This document shows positions 41,001-48,804 of a stretch of 64,000 nt of DNA, in pieces. A model generated the notes under the pieces. The model worked only from the letters and a program-made list of their open reading frames with translations. It was not told where the DNA came from and ran no database searches. The position numbers were made by a program, and so were the translations under genes. The DNA is from Candidatus Marinacidobacterium sp. Its GTDB lineage: Bacteria > Acidobacteriota > Vicinamibacteria > Marinacidobacterales > Marinacidobacteraceae. The stretch's first letter is position 1. Every line of letters starts with the position of its first letter. The stretch covers positions 1,472,001 to 1,536,000 of the forward strand of contig OZ244852.1 in the NCBI GenBank assembly GCA_965220965.1. The letters are read 5' to 3'.

Positions 41001-41219
41001 GTAGTAGGTCAGCGGGTCGCCGGGAACGCCGATCGCCGCGGTGGAGCGTCCCCCCCGGGTGAATCCGACCGCGCGGAAGCGGAGTCCCTCGAGGTACTCG
41101 TCGGGAACGGTGACGTTCGCCTCGTCGAAGTGCTCCTCGTAGTCCCGGTGGCTGCCCTGCGCCAGGGCGAGGCCCGGGAGGAGGGCGAGGACGGCCGCGA
41201 GAGCGGTGAACTGCTTCAT
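38049..41219 (-). CDS. Secreted VPS10/BNR (Asp-box) repeat glycosyl-hydrolase-like protein
   Basis: Signal peptide; repeated SxDxGxTW Asp boxes (KTTDAGHSW, KSTDAGKTW, RSRDAGDTW, SFDGGKSW, SRDEGQSW, SFDDGAHW). Confidence 0.88.
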   Translation of the reverse strand: MKQFTALAAVLALLPGLALAQGSHRDYEEHFDEANVTVPDEYLEGLRFRAVGFTRGGRSTAAIGVPGDPLTYYFGGTGGGVFKTTDAGHSWVNVSDGFFGVGAVGSIGVAPSDVNVIYVGTGSASTRGNISVGDGMYKSTDAGKTWSHIGLRHAGQIGALAVHPNDPDLVYVAALGYIFGPNEDRGIYRTRDGGATWERVLHLSERTGFVDIEMDPTNPRILYAGAWRAERKPWTMISGSEDGGIYRSRDAGDTWEKVEGGLPQGMVGKTAVAVSPANSDRIWVLLEAEGDIGGLYRSDDGGESFSRINGDAALRQRPWYYIHLFADPQDENTVYVLNVAFHKSIDGGRTFPERIRVPHGDNHDLWINPDNPLNMINANDGGANVSFDGGKSWTDQQGQETAEIYRVFVDDAWPYRIYGSQQDNSTISVPSRPGFSVVPDWYQVGGCESGHIAVDPRDTDIIYAGCYGGAISRYNRKTGEMRQIVAYPQLQLGQAARDLNYRFQWNAPIRLSPHDPDILYHASQVVHMSRDEGQSWSVISPDLTTNNPEHQDYAGGPITQDGTGVEVYNTVFSFEESQHTPGELWAGSDDGRVHISRDRGTTWTEITPEGMPEGGTVNVIEISEHDPARVFIAVYRYRENDFRPYIFRTNDSGASWDLLTDGTNGIPPTNFTRAIREDPDRRGLLYAGTEFGLYISFDDGAHWQRFQNNLPVSPVTGLRVHRKDLVISTQGRSFWVLDDLSTLHQITDETMAQDAVLYTPRTAYRGGFLGAAEIHYHLKEQPEAPITLEIVDPDGEVVRSLTGQPGPAPPTGPLSPFAIFFGGGGGGRLPAAAGLNKFRWNLRGEAIQRPAGVVHWGGTPGLPALPGEYEVRLTVAGETMTQPLTVEINPNVSSTAEDLAKQRELGITVGDEIKKLFGALTRLREVKSQASDIVSRLGRADRADEQLSDLAKALDERLTEIEETITQTKSRSSQDPINFPPMIDNQLVTLYGYIVQADYEPTAGAYDRLDDLKPDLDAIHADLDAAIAEHLTPFNARVAELGVPAVVIATDETTSN

Positions 41220-41280
41220 GAACCAGAACTCCTGGGATGGAAACCGCGGAAAGGACAGCCGGTGAGTGTACCGGCGGCGC

Positions 41281-42225
41281 TCAGATCTCCGGCTCGCGGA
41301 AAGCCACGACCTGGTCGAGGGCCGGCGCATCGAGGACCGCCATGACGAGGCGGTCCACCCCGAGCGCCACCCCGGAGCACCGGGGCAGGCCGCCGTCCTT
41401 CAGCGCCGCCATCAGCCGCGGGTCGGGTTCGGCCCGGGGGAGGCCGAGGCGGGCGCGGGCGCGGTTCTCGGCGACGAAGCGCCGTTCGTGCTCGGCCGGG
41501 TCCTGGAGCTCGTCGTACCCGTTCGCCAGCTCGAGGCCCTTCCAGAACACCTCGAAGCGGTCCGCGGTGCGCGGATCCTCGTCGTTCGGCCGGGCCAGCG
41601 CGGCGAGCGAAACGGGGAAACCGGTGACGAACGTGGGCGGACCCTCGGCGAGCGTCGGCTCGACGAGCCGCGAGAAGAGGTAGTCCAGGCTGGCGCCCCG
41701 GTCGTCCGGTTCGCCCGGATGCCCGTGCGCTTCGGCCAGCCGGGCCAGACGGTCGCCCGGGGCGGCGAGCGGATCGACGCCGACCGAACGCAGGAACAGC
41801 TCGCGGTAGGGACGGATCCGCGCCGGGGGCGCTCCCGCGAGGTGGCCGAGCAGCAGGTCCATTTCGCGGAGGAGGCCCGGCAGGGGCCCCATCCGGTACC
41901 ACTCGGCGATGGTGAACTCGACGGCGTGCCGGGCGCCGGTCTCTCCGCCGCGAAAGGCCTTGCAGATCGAGAAGACCGGTCCGCTGCCGGCGGCGAGCAG
42001 CCGCTTCAGCGCGAACTCGGGCGAGGTGTGGAGGAACCCGCCGCCCGCGGGAACCGAAGCGAGGTGGCGGTCCGGAACCGGGTAGCGCCCGATGAGCGGC
42101 GTCTCGACCTCGAGATAGCCCCGCGCCGTCAGGAAGTCCCGCAGGCGCCGGACGAGCCGGGCGCGGACCCGGAGGTTGTCGAGCGGCGCCGAAGGGCGCC
42201 AGCCGTCGTCCGGATCCGGAATCAG
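41281..42225 (-). CDS. epmA: EF-P lysine (beta-lysyl) ligase; non-canonical start
   Basis: Translating upstream of ORF 41892 in frame gives [31 protein letters not shown] and FR..E.G..H..EFT..EWY. Downstream motifs are ELANGYDEL and GVALGVDRL. Confidence 0.9.
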   Translation of the reverse strand: MIPDPDDGWRPSAPLDNLRVRARLVRRLRDFLTARGYLEVETPLIGRYPVPDRHLASVPAGGGFLHTSPEFALKRLLAAGSGPVFSICKAFRGGETGARHAVEFTIAEWYRMGPLPGLLREMDLLLGHLAGAPPARIRPYRELFLRSVGVDPLAAPGDRLARLAEAHGHPGEPDDRGASLDYLFSRLVEPTLAEGPPTFVTGFPVSLAALARPNDEDPRTADRFEVFWKGLELANGYDELQDPAEHERRFVAENRARARLGLPRAEPDPRLMAALKDGGLPRCSGVALGVDRLVMAVLDAPALDQVVAFREPEI

Positions 42226-42794
42226 CTCTTGACCCGGGACACGTAGTCACCGGTCCGGGTGTCGAGCCGAAGCTTCTCGTCCACCTCGACGAACAGGGGG
42301 ACGCGCACCACCGCGCCGGTCTCGAGCGTCGCGTTCTTCGACCCGCCGGTCGCGGTGTCGCCCCGGATCCCCGGCTCGGTCTCGACGACCTTGAGTTCCA
42401 CGAAGTGCGGCGGGGTCACGAGCAGCACCGCCCCGTTGTAGAGCGTGATCCCGCAGGTGGCGTCGGCCTGGAGCCACTTCTCGGCGCCGCCCAGCGCTTC
42501 CTTCGAGGCGGAGAACTGCTCGTAGGTGCCCGGGTCCATGAAGTGCCACTCGCCGCCGTCGCTGTAGAGGAACTGCATCTCGGTGTCGACCACGTCGGCG
42601 GCCTCGACCTTGTCGCCGGAGCGGAGCGTCTTGTCGAGGACGCGCCCGGTCTTCAGGTTCCGGTACTGGATGCGGGTGAACGCCTGGCCCTTGCCCGGCT
42701 TCACGAACTCGCACTTCACGAGGACGCAGGGGTCTCCGTCCAGCAGGACCTTGAGTCCCGTCCGGAATTCATTCGTGGCGTAAGTGGTGGCCAA
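42222..42794 (-). CDS. efp: Elongation factor P
   Basis: [18 protein letters not shown] and VPLFV; TTG start with GAGGAG RBS. Confidence 0.96.
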   Translation of the reverse strand: MATTYATNEFRTGLKVLLDGDPCVLVKCEFVKPGKGQAFTRIQYRNLKTGRVLDKTLRSGDKVEAADVVDTEMQFLYSDGGEWHFMDPGTYEQFSASKEALGGAEKWLQADATCGITLYNGAVLLVTPPHFVELKVVETEPGIRGDTATGGSKNATLETGAVVRVPLFVEVDEKLRLDTRTGDYVSRVKS

Positions 42795-42892
42795 GCAGTG
42801 ACTCCTCGATATCGCTCGCGCCGCGAGCCGTCCGGCATCGTACCAGTCGCCCCCGCCCCCGGGGCCGCCTTGCGGCGGGGCGCCGGGCCCCC

Positions 42893-43039
42893 CTATCGAC
42901 GCTCGCGTTCCTCCCGAATCCACCGGACGATCTCGTCTGTCCCGACGCGCGGCGCCCGGGCCCGCAGCGCATCCATCCGGGCGGCGGCGGCCCGCCTCCT
43001 GGGCGCGGTCAGCCACGCCCGGAGAGCCAGCCGGAGCAT
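42893..43039 (-). CDS. Small protein resembling an antitoxin C-terminus
   Basis: Ends [15 protein letters not shown]; 48 aa; no recognisable DNA-binding N-terminus. Confidence 0.4.
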   Translation of the reverse strand: MLRLALRAWLTAPRRRAAAARMDALRARAPRVGTDEIVRWIREERERR

Positions 43040-43085
43040 GCGCCCGCGAGAGTAGCGGCGCGGGTGGCGGATCACGGCCAACGGA

Positions 43086-44087
43086 TCACAGAATGTCTCG
43101 GTCGCCCGGATGCGGGCGACTCATCCGGGTAGCGTAGACCGCTTCGCGGTACCCGAGGGCCGGGGGCCCGGGATCCAGGTAGGCCTGATCCAGCAGGCTT
43201 GCCACCTCGAGGCGGCGGGCGTGCGACGCGAGGTCGCGGATGGGCGCCGCCAGCGGCGCCTCGCCGGCGACCGCGGCGCGGATGCCAGTGTGGAGCGCGC
43301 GGCGCTCGTCCGCTTCGAGGCGCTCCTTCAGGTGTCCGGCGAGGTGCTCGAGCACGTTTCGGTGGGAGTTCGCCGAGGCCGGTTCGGCGAGGCCAGCGAG
43401 GAACTCCGGCCGGTAGGCGGCGAGCGCGGCCGCCGGGTCGCGGGCGCCCGCGAGTCCGCGTCCGAGGCGACGGGCCGCCGCTTCGGAATGCGCCATGAGG
43501 GTCATCTTCCAGCGGGCGTGGAAGCGGTAGAGCGCCGCCATGGCCGGAGCGGTCCCGGCAACGTCCAGCGCCCGCAGCTCGACCAGCGCGAAGACGCGGG
43601 TGAGCCAGTGGTCGCGCCGCGCCGGATCCTCGAGGCCGACCTCGGAGATCCCCGGGACCTCCGGGAGCGCTTCCGATACCGTCCGGGCGAAGATGCCCTC
43701 GCCGTCCGCCGCCACCTCCGCTCCCCCCGACAGGACGCGCGCGTCGCCGGGGCCGCAGCTCGGAGACCGGGACTTGAACACGATGCCGGCGACTCCCATC
43801 CGGCGGAAGCGGTCGGCCGCCCCCTCCGCATACCGGACGGCGGCCGAAGTCAGGTCTTCGCCCCGGCTACCGAGGAGCCGGGCGCTCTCCCCGGCCGCCT
43901 CCAGATGGATCTTCGGACGCGGGACGCCGAGCCCCATGCCGGCCTCCGGGCACTCGGCGACCAGCCGGAAAGCCTCGCCCAGCCGGTTCAGGACCCGGTC
44001 CGATCGGCGGTGGTCCCCGTCGTAGCGCACCGGGACTCCCAACAGGCATGCCGAGACCGCGACCCGCGGCGCCGGAGTCCGCTCCAT
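43086..44087 (-). CDS. DUF523 (2-thiouracil desulfurase-like) + DUF1722 fusion (YbgA/YbbK-like)
   Basis: VSACLLG..VRYDG, CPE, KSRSPSCG, FH..K..LMAHS and H.NVL.H..G. Confidence 0.9.
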   Translation of the reverse strand: MERTPAPRVAVSACLLGVPVRYDGDHRRSDRVLNRLGEAFRLVAECPEAGMGLGVPRPKIHLEAAGESARLLGSRGEDLTSAAVRYAEGAADRFRRMGVAGIVFKSRSPSCGPGDARVLSGGAEVAADGEGIFARTVSEALPEVPGISEVGLEDPARRDHWLTRVFALVELRALDVAGTAPAMAALYRFHARWKMTLMAHSEAAARRLGRGLAGARDPAAALAAYRPEFLAGLAEPASANSHRNVLEHLAGHLKERLEADERRALHTGIRAAVAGEAPLAAPIRDLASHARRLEVASLLDQAYLDPGPPALGYREAVYATRMSRPHPGDRDIL

Positions 44088-44095
44088 CCGCCGGA

Positions 44096-44809
44096 TTGGA
44101 CCACAAGGCCCCGGGCGGGCCCGCTCCCGACTTCGACGCGCGGGTGACGGCGTGCCGGGCCTGCCCCCGGCTCGTGGCGCACCGCGAGGCGGTCGCCGCC
44201 GATCCGCCGAAGCGCCACCGGGGCGAGCGCTACTGGGCCCGGCCCGTCCCCTCTTTCGGCGCCGCCGACCCCCGGCTGCTCGTCGTGGGCCTCGCGCCGG
44301 CGGCGCACGGCGCGAACCGCACCGGGCGGATGTTCACCGGCGACCGCTCCGGGGAGTGGCTCTACGAGGCGCTTCACCGGTTCGGGTTCTCCACCGCGCC
44401 CCATTCGCCGGACCCAAAGGACGGGCTGCGCCTGCTCGACGCCCGGATCACCGCCGCGGCGCACTGCGCGCCGCCGGGGAACCGCCCGACCGCCGGAGAG
44501 CTCGCCGCCTGCCGGCCCTTCCTCGTCGAGGAACTGCGTCCCGGGAACCGCCTGCGGGTCGTCGTGGCGCTCGGACGGGTCGCGTTCGATTCCTTCCTCC
44601 GGGCGTGGGCCGCCGCCGGGCGGCCCGCGGTGAAGCCGGCGCCCCGCTTCGGGCACCTGGCTTCCGGCGAGCTGCCGGGGGGCGTCTCGCTGATCGCCAG
44701 CTACCACCCCAGCCAGCAGAACACCTTCACCGGCCGGCTCACCCGCCCCATGTTCCACGGAGTTTTCGACGCAGCGCGGCGCCTGGTCGACGAGGCGCCC
44801 GACGACTGA
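44096..44809 (+). CDS. Uracil-DNA glycosylase family 5 (UdgB-like); start uncertain (44048 or 44096)
   Basis: CRACPRL, GLAPAAHGANRTGRMFTGDRSG, CAPP.NRP and YHPSQQNT.TG.L. Confidence 0.92.
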   Translation: MDHKAPGGPAPDFDARVTACRACPRLVAHREAVAADPPKRHRGERYWARPVPSFGAADPRLLVVGLAPAAHGANRTGRMFTGDRSGEWLYEALHRFGFSTAPHSPDPKDGLRLLDARITAAAHCAPPGNRPTAGELAACRPFLVEELRPGNRLRVVVALGRVAFDSFLRAWAAAGRPAVKPAPRFGHLASGELPGGVSLIASYHPSQQNTFTGRLTRPMFHGVFDAARRLVDEAPDD

Positions 44810-44836
44810 CGGCGAGGCGCCCCGGCCGGGGAAGAC

Positions 44837-46018
44837 TTAGCCGACGGCGGTCTCCGCCGGCTCCGGCTCGGCCGCTTCCGGGCCGATGAGCCGCCGGTAG
44901 ACCGCTTCGTAGCGGGGGAGGATCCGGGACCGGGCGAAGCGGGTGACGGCCCGGCGGCGCGCCGCGACCCCCATCGCGCGGCGGGCCGGCTCGTCCGAGA
45001 GCAGCCGGATCGCGGTCTCCGCCATCCCGGCGATGTCCCCCACCTCGAACAGCGCGCCGCTGTCGGGGCTCACGACCTCGGGGAGGCCGCCCACCCGGGT
45101 GGCGATGACCGGCACCTTCGCCGCCATCGCCTCGAGCGCGGTTAGCCCGAAGCTCTCCTGCTCGCTCGGCAGGAGGAACAGATCGGCGCAGCCGAGCGGC
45201 CCCTGGATGTCGTCCTGCTCGCCGAGGAAGACCACCTCGGAGACGAGGTCGAGGTCGCGGAGCAGTTGCTGGACGAAGAGCCGCTCCGGACCCTCGCCGA
45301 CGAACACCAGCCGGGCCGGCAGCGCCCTTCGGACCTGCTCGAAGACGCGCACGACATCGCTGACCCGCTTCACCGGGCGGAAGTTCGAGGCGTGCATGAG
45401 GATCCGCTCGCCGTTCGGGGCCCAGGCCTCGCGGGCGCAGTCCTCGTTCCCCGGCGCCGGAATCGAGCCGTCCACGAAGTTGGGGATGACCTCGACCGGC
45501 AGGTGCGGCGAGAAGTCGCGGCGGATCCGGTCGGCGAGGTACTCCGAGACCGCGGTCACCGCGTCGGAGCGCTCGAGGGCGAAGCGGATGACCCGGTCGA
45601 AGGACCGGTCCGCGCCCACGAGCGTGATGTCGGTCCCGTGGAGCGTCGTGACCAGCCGGGTGCGGCCGTTCCCGATGATCTCGCGGGCGAGGAACGCGCT
45701 GACCGCGTTCGGCACCGCGTAGTGCGCGTGGATGACATCCAGCCCGCCGCACTCGTCGGCCACTTCGGCCAGTTTGGTCGCGAGGCCCAGGGTGTAGGGC
45801 GGGAACCGGAACAGCGGGTAGCTGGCCATCTCCACTTCGTGAAAGCGGAGTCCGGGGTGGAAGCGCCGGAGCCGAAACGGCACCGCGTAGCTGACCACGT
45901 GGACCTCGTGGCCGTCCTCGGCGAGCCCCATCGCCAGTTCGGAAGCGACGACGCCGCTCCCGCCGTGGGTGGGGTAGCAGACGATGGCGACGCGCAAGGG
46001 CCGCCGGGAGGTTACCAA
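44837..46018 (-). CDS. bshA: N-acetyl-alpha-D-glucosaminyl L-malate synthase
   Basis: CYPTHGGSGVVASEL, HAHYAVP, TTLHGTDIT, SNFRPVKR and ESFGLTALEAMA. Confidence 0.9.
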   Translation of the reverse strand: MVTSRRPLRVAIVCYPTHGGSGVVASELAMGLAEDGHEVHVVSYAVPFRLRRFHPGLRFHEVEMASYPLFRFPPYTLGLATKLAEVADECGGLDVIHAHYAVPNAVSAFLAREIIGNGRTRLVTTLHGTDITLVGADRSFDRVIRFALERSDAVTAVSEYLADRIRRDFSPHLPVEVIPNFVDGSIPAPGNEDCAREAWAPNGERILMHASNFRPVKRVSDVVRVFEQVRRALPARLVFVGEGPERLFVQQLLRDLDLVSEVVFLGEQDDIQGPLGCADLFLLPSEQESFGLTALEAMAAKVPVIATRVGGLPEVVSPDSGALFEVGDIAGMAETAIRLLSDEPARRAMGVAARRRAVTRFARSRILPRYEAVYRRLIGPEAAEPEPAETAVG

Positions 46019-46060
46019 GCGCCCGAAGCCTCAGCCGCTATCGCCCGCGGATCCTTCCGA

Positions 46061-46089
46061 TTGCGAACGCGGCCCCCTTCTGCGACACT
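46061..46089 (+). promoter_or_regulatory. Putative sigma70 promoter for the CBS gene
   Basis: TTGCGA-17 nt-GACACT. Confidence 0.4.
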
Positions 46090-46243
46090 TGGCGGGGTTC
46101 CGGGGGAGGGCCAGCGGGGAGTCGTCCCCGGCGCCGTCCGTCGGAGCGAACCGTCGCCGAGGGGTGCGGAGGGCGGCGCAACACGTCAACCGGTCGGGCC
46201 GGTCCCTCCGGATCGGACCGGCGGAGCAATTGAGGATCGAACG

Positions 46244-46684
46244 ATGGAGCCATTGATCGTCACGGTGAGTCACCGTCCCGCCACCTGCGTCGCGCCGGAC
46301 GTCACGACCGACGACGCGTCCCGGGCCATGGTCGCGAACAAGGTCGGCGCCTGCGCGGTGGCCCGGGAGGACGGCGTGCTCCTCGGGATGTTCAGCGAGC
46401 GGGACCTGATGCGCCGGGTCGTCGCCGAGGGTCTCGACCCGAAGACGACGAAGGTGGGCGATGTGATGACCCGCGATCCGGTCACGGTCACCCAGGACAC
46501 GCCGCTCGGGAAGGCGCTCGAGATCATGGTGGAGAAGGACTTCCGGCACCTCCCGATCATGGAGGGGTCCCAGGTCGTCGGGATGGCGACCGTCCGCCGC
46601 GTCCTGAAGCACCGCCTCGACGAGAAGCGGGAAGAACTCGACTCGGTCGTCAACTTCTTCACCGCCGACGGCATCGGCGGCTGA
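46244..46684 (+). CDS. CBS-domain protein
   Basis: LLGMFSERDL, VGDVMTRDP and FRHLPI. Confidence 0.9.
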   Translation: MEPLIVTVSHRPATCVAPDVTTDDASRAMVANKVGACAVAREDGVLLGMFSERDLMRRVVAEGLDPKTTKVGDVMTRDPVTVTQDTPLGKALEIMVEKDFRHLPIMEGSQVVGMATVRRVLKHRLDEKREELDSVVNFFTADGIGG

Positions 46685-46727
46685 CGGTCGGCGGCGCGCC
46701 CGACCCCGGAGAACGGGCGGCCCGCCG

Positions 46728-46985
46728 TCAGGACTGCGGGGGCTTCTTCTTCGAGAGGAGCCGGCCGACGAGGAAGAGCGCGGCGCCGATCCCGGTGGTG
46801 ACGAGCATCCGGCGCTCGGCGTCGGCGCCGAAGAACAGCACCGCGGCGCTCGTGACGAACAGGATCCCGGCGAGCTGGAGCCCGCGGCCGACGTAGTAGC
46901 GGCCCCAGGCGAGCAGGACGGACGGCGGGAGCGACTGCAGGCCCTCCCGGGGCGGCCGGGGCCGGGTCTTCTTCGCGGCGGTCAT
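46728..46985 (-). CDS. Small hypothetical two-TM membrane protein
   Basis: GRGLQLAGILFV and GIGAALFLVGRLL; immediately after mutL. Confidence 0.65.
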   Translation of the reverse strand: MTAAKKTRPRPPREGLQSLPPSVLLAWGRYYVGRGLQLAGILFVTSAAVLFFGADAERRMLVTTGIGAALFLVGRLLSKKKPPQS

Positions 46986-46989
46986 CACG

Positions 46990-48804
46990 TCATCTTCGCC
47001 CGAAACGGCGCTCGAGGAAGGGGATATCGAGCCGCAGGACGGTGGGGCGGCCGTGCGGACAGGTCGCCGGATTGTGCGCCTTCCACAGCGCCGCCAGGAT
47101 CGCCTCCATGCGCTCCGGGGGGAGCGGGGTGTTCGCGGTGACCGCGCCGTGGCAGGCGACCCGGGCCATGAGGCGGGCGAGGGCGTCGTGAGCGGCATCC
47201 TCCAGGCACTCCCCGCCGTCCGCTCCCAGCGAGCGGCGCAGGACGTCGATGGCCCTTCCGACGCCGAGCGCCTCGGGAACGCGGCGCACCAGCGCGCACC
47301 GCGCGCCCGAGGGGCCGCCGAAGTCCTCGATCCCGAAGCCGGCGGCGGCGAGGCGCTCGCGCTCGCGGTCGAGCGAGGCCTCTTCGGCGGCCGAGAGCTC
47401 GAGAGTCACCGGCTGGAGCAGCGCTACCCCCGCATCCTGGTCGCAGCCCTCCATGAGCCGGTTGTAGAGGATCCGTTCATCGGCGGCGTGCTGGTCGATG
47501 AGGACCAGCGCGCCGGCCTCCTCGGCCACGATGTAGGTCTGGCGGAACTGGGCGAGCACGCTGGGGGGGCTCTTGCCGAAGTCCAGGTAGCCAGAGGCCT
47601 CGGATTCGCCGGCGTCCCGGCCGTAGAGGAGTTCGCCGGCCTCGGCGCCGTCCCGGAACCCCCGCCGCAGATCGTCCGGCGGCGACAGGTCCCGGCCCCC
47701 CGCCACCACTCCTGACGGCGCCCCCGAAGCTCCGGGGAGGCGGCCCGGACGGTCCCGGGCGTCCGGGCGAGGTGCGGGGCGCCGGGAGGGGGGCGCGGCG
47801 CCGAGGTCCACCTGTTTCGGGGACCCCTCGAGCGCCGCGAGGACCGAGCGGAACACCGCGCGCCACGCCGACCCGGCGTCGGCGAAGCGGACTTCGGCTT
47901 TCGCCGGATGGACATTCACGTCGACGAGGTCTGGCGGGACATCGAGGAAGACCCACGCCCGGGGGGTCCCGGCCAGGCTGGAGACCCGGCGGTAGGCCTC
48001 GGTGACCGCGCTGAACAGCCGCCGATCCCGGATCGGCCTCCCGTTCACGAACAGCCGGAGCCGGCCCGAAGCGCCGCGCGGCGCCATCGGCGGATCGAGG
48101 AAGGCGCGGACCGCGAGATCCCCGGCGTCGGCCTCGACCGGGATCGCGTCGACCGTCCAGCGGCGCTGGAGCTGTTCGAGCCGCTCGGCGACCTCGGCGA
48201 CGGGATCCAGCAGGAAGCGCTGGCGGTCCTCGGTCCGGAGTTCGAACCGCACCTGCGGCCAGCAGGCGGCGAGGTTCTCCACGCTCTCGGTGATGTGGGC
48301 GGCTTCGGTCCGGTCGGCGGGTAGGAACTTACGGCGGGCGGGGGTGTTGAAGAACAGGTCGCGGACCTCGACGACGGTGCCCGGCGGCATCCCCGCCGGG
48401 GCCTCGACCGGAGGCGCGCCTCCCTCGACGAAGAGCTCCCATCCGGCGTCCTCGTCGGGAAGCCGGGTGCGGAGCCGCAGCCGGGAGACCGAGGCGATCG
48501 AGGGGAGCGCCTCCCCCCGGAACCCCAGCGATCCGACCGAGGCCAGATCGTCCACCGACTCGATCTTGCTGGTGGCGTGGCGCTCGAGCGCGAGCCGGGC
48601 GTCCTCGAGGCTCATCCCGCTCCCGTCGTCGCTGACGCGGATGACTCTCCTTCCGGCGCCGCGGACGAGGACCGAGACGGCGGAGGCGCCGGCGTCGATC
48701 GCGTTCTCGACCAGCTCGCGGACGACCGCGGCCGGCCGCTCCACGACCTCCCCGGCCGCGATCTGGTTCGCGACCGCGGGCGGGAGGCGGTGGATCCGCC
48801 CCAT
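46990..48804 (-). CDS. mutL: DNA mismatch repair protein MutL (endonuclease type)
   Basis: NQIAAGEVVERP, HATSK, GFRGEAL, DVNVHPAK, DQHAADER and CPHGRP. Confidence 0.96.
   Translation of the reverse strand: MGRIHRLPPAVANQIAAGEVVERPAAVVRELVENAIDAGASAVSVLVRGAGRRVIRVSDDGSGMSLEDARLALERHATSKIESVDDLASVGSLGFRGEALPSIASVSRLRLRTRLPDEDAGWELFVEGGAPPVEAPAGMPPGTVVEVRDLFFNTPARRKFLPADRTEAAHITESVENLAACWPQVRFELRTEDRQRFLLDPVAEVAERLEQLQRRWTVDAIPVEADAGDLAVRAFLDPPMAPRGASGRLRLFVNGRPIRDRRLFSAVTEAYRRVSSLAGTPRAWVFLDVPPDLVDVNVHPAKAEVRFADAGSAWRAVFRSVLAALEGSPKQVDLGAAPPSRRPAPRPDARDRPGRLPGASGAPSGVVAGGRDLSPPDDLRRGFRDGAEAGELLYGRDAGESEASGYLDFGKSPPSVLAQFRQTYIVAEEAGALVLIDQHAADERILYNRLMEGCDQDAGVALLQPVTLELSAAEEASLDRERERLAAAGFGIEDFGGPSGARCALVRRVPEALGVGRAIDVLRRSLGADGGECLEDAAHDALARLMARVACHGAVTANTPLPPERMEAILAALWKAHNPATCPHGRPTVLRLDIPFLERRFGRR

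Noticed and set aside
46110-46235. ggggagt...cgtcaac resembles the yybP-ykoY (Mn2+) riboswitch
   Set aside because: The 3' GCAAGACC-type element and the expected pairing are not found.
47455-47500. MutL motif variant DQHAADERILYN as a sign of lost endonuclease activity
   Set aside because: DQHA, the first Glu, ACH and CPHGRP are retained, so the evidence for inactivation is insufficient.
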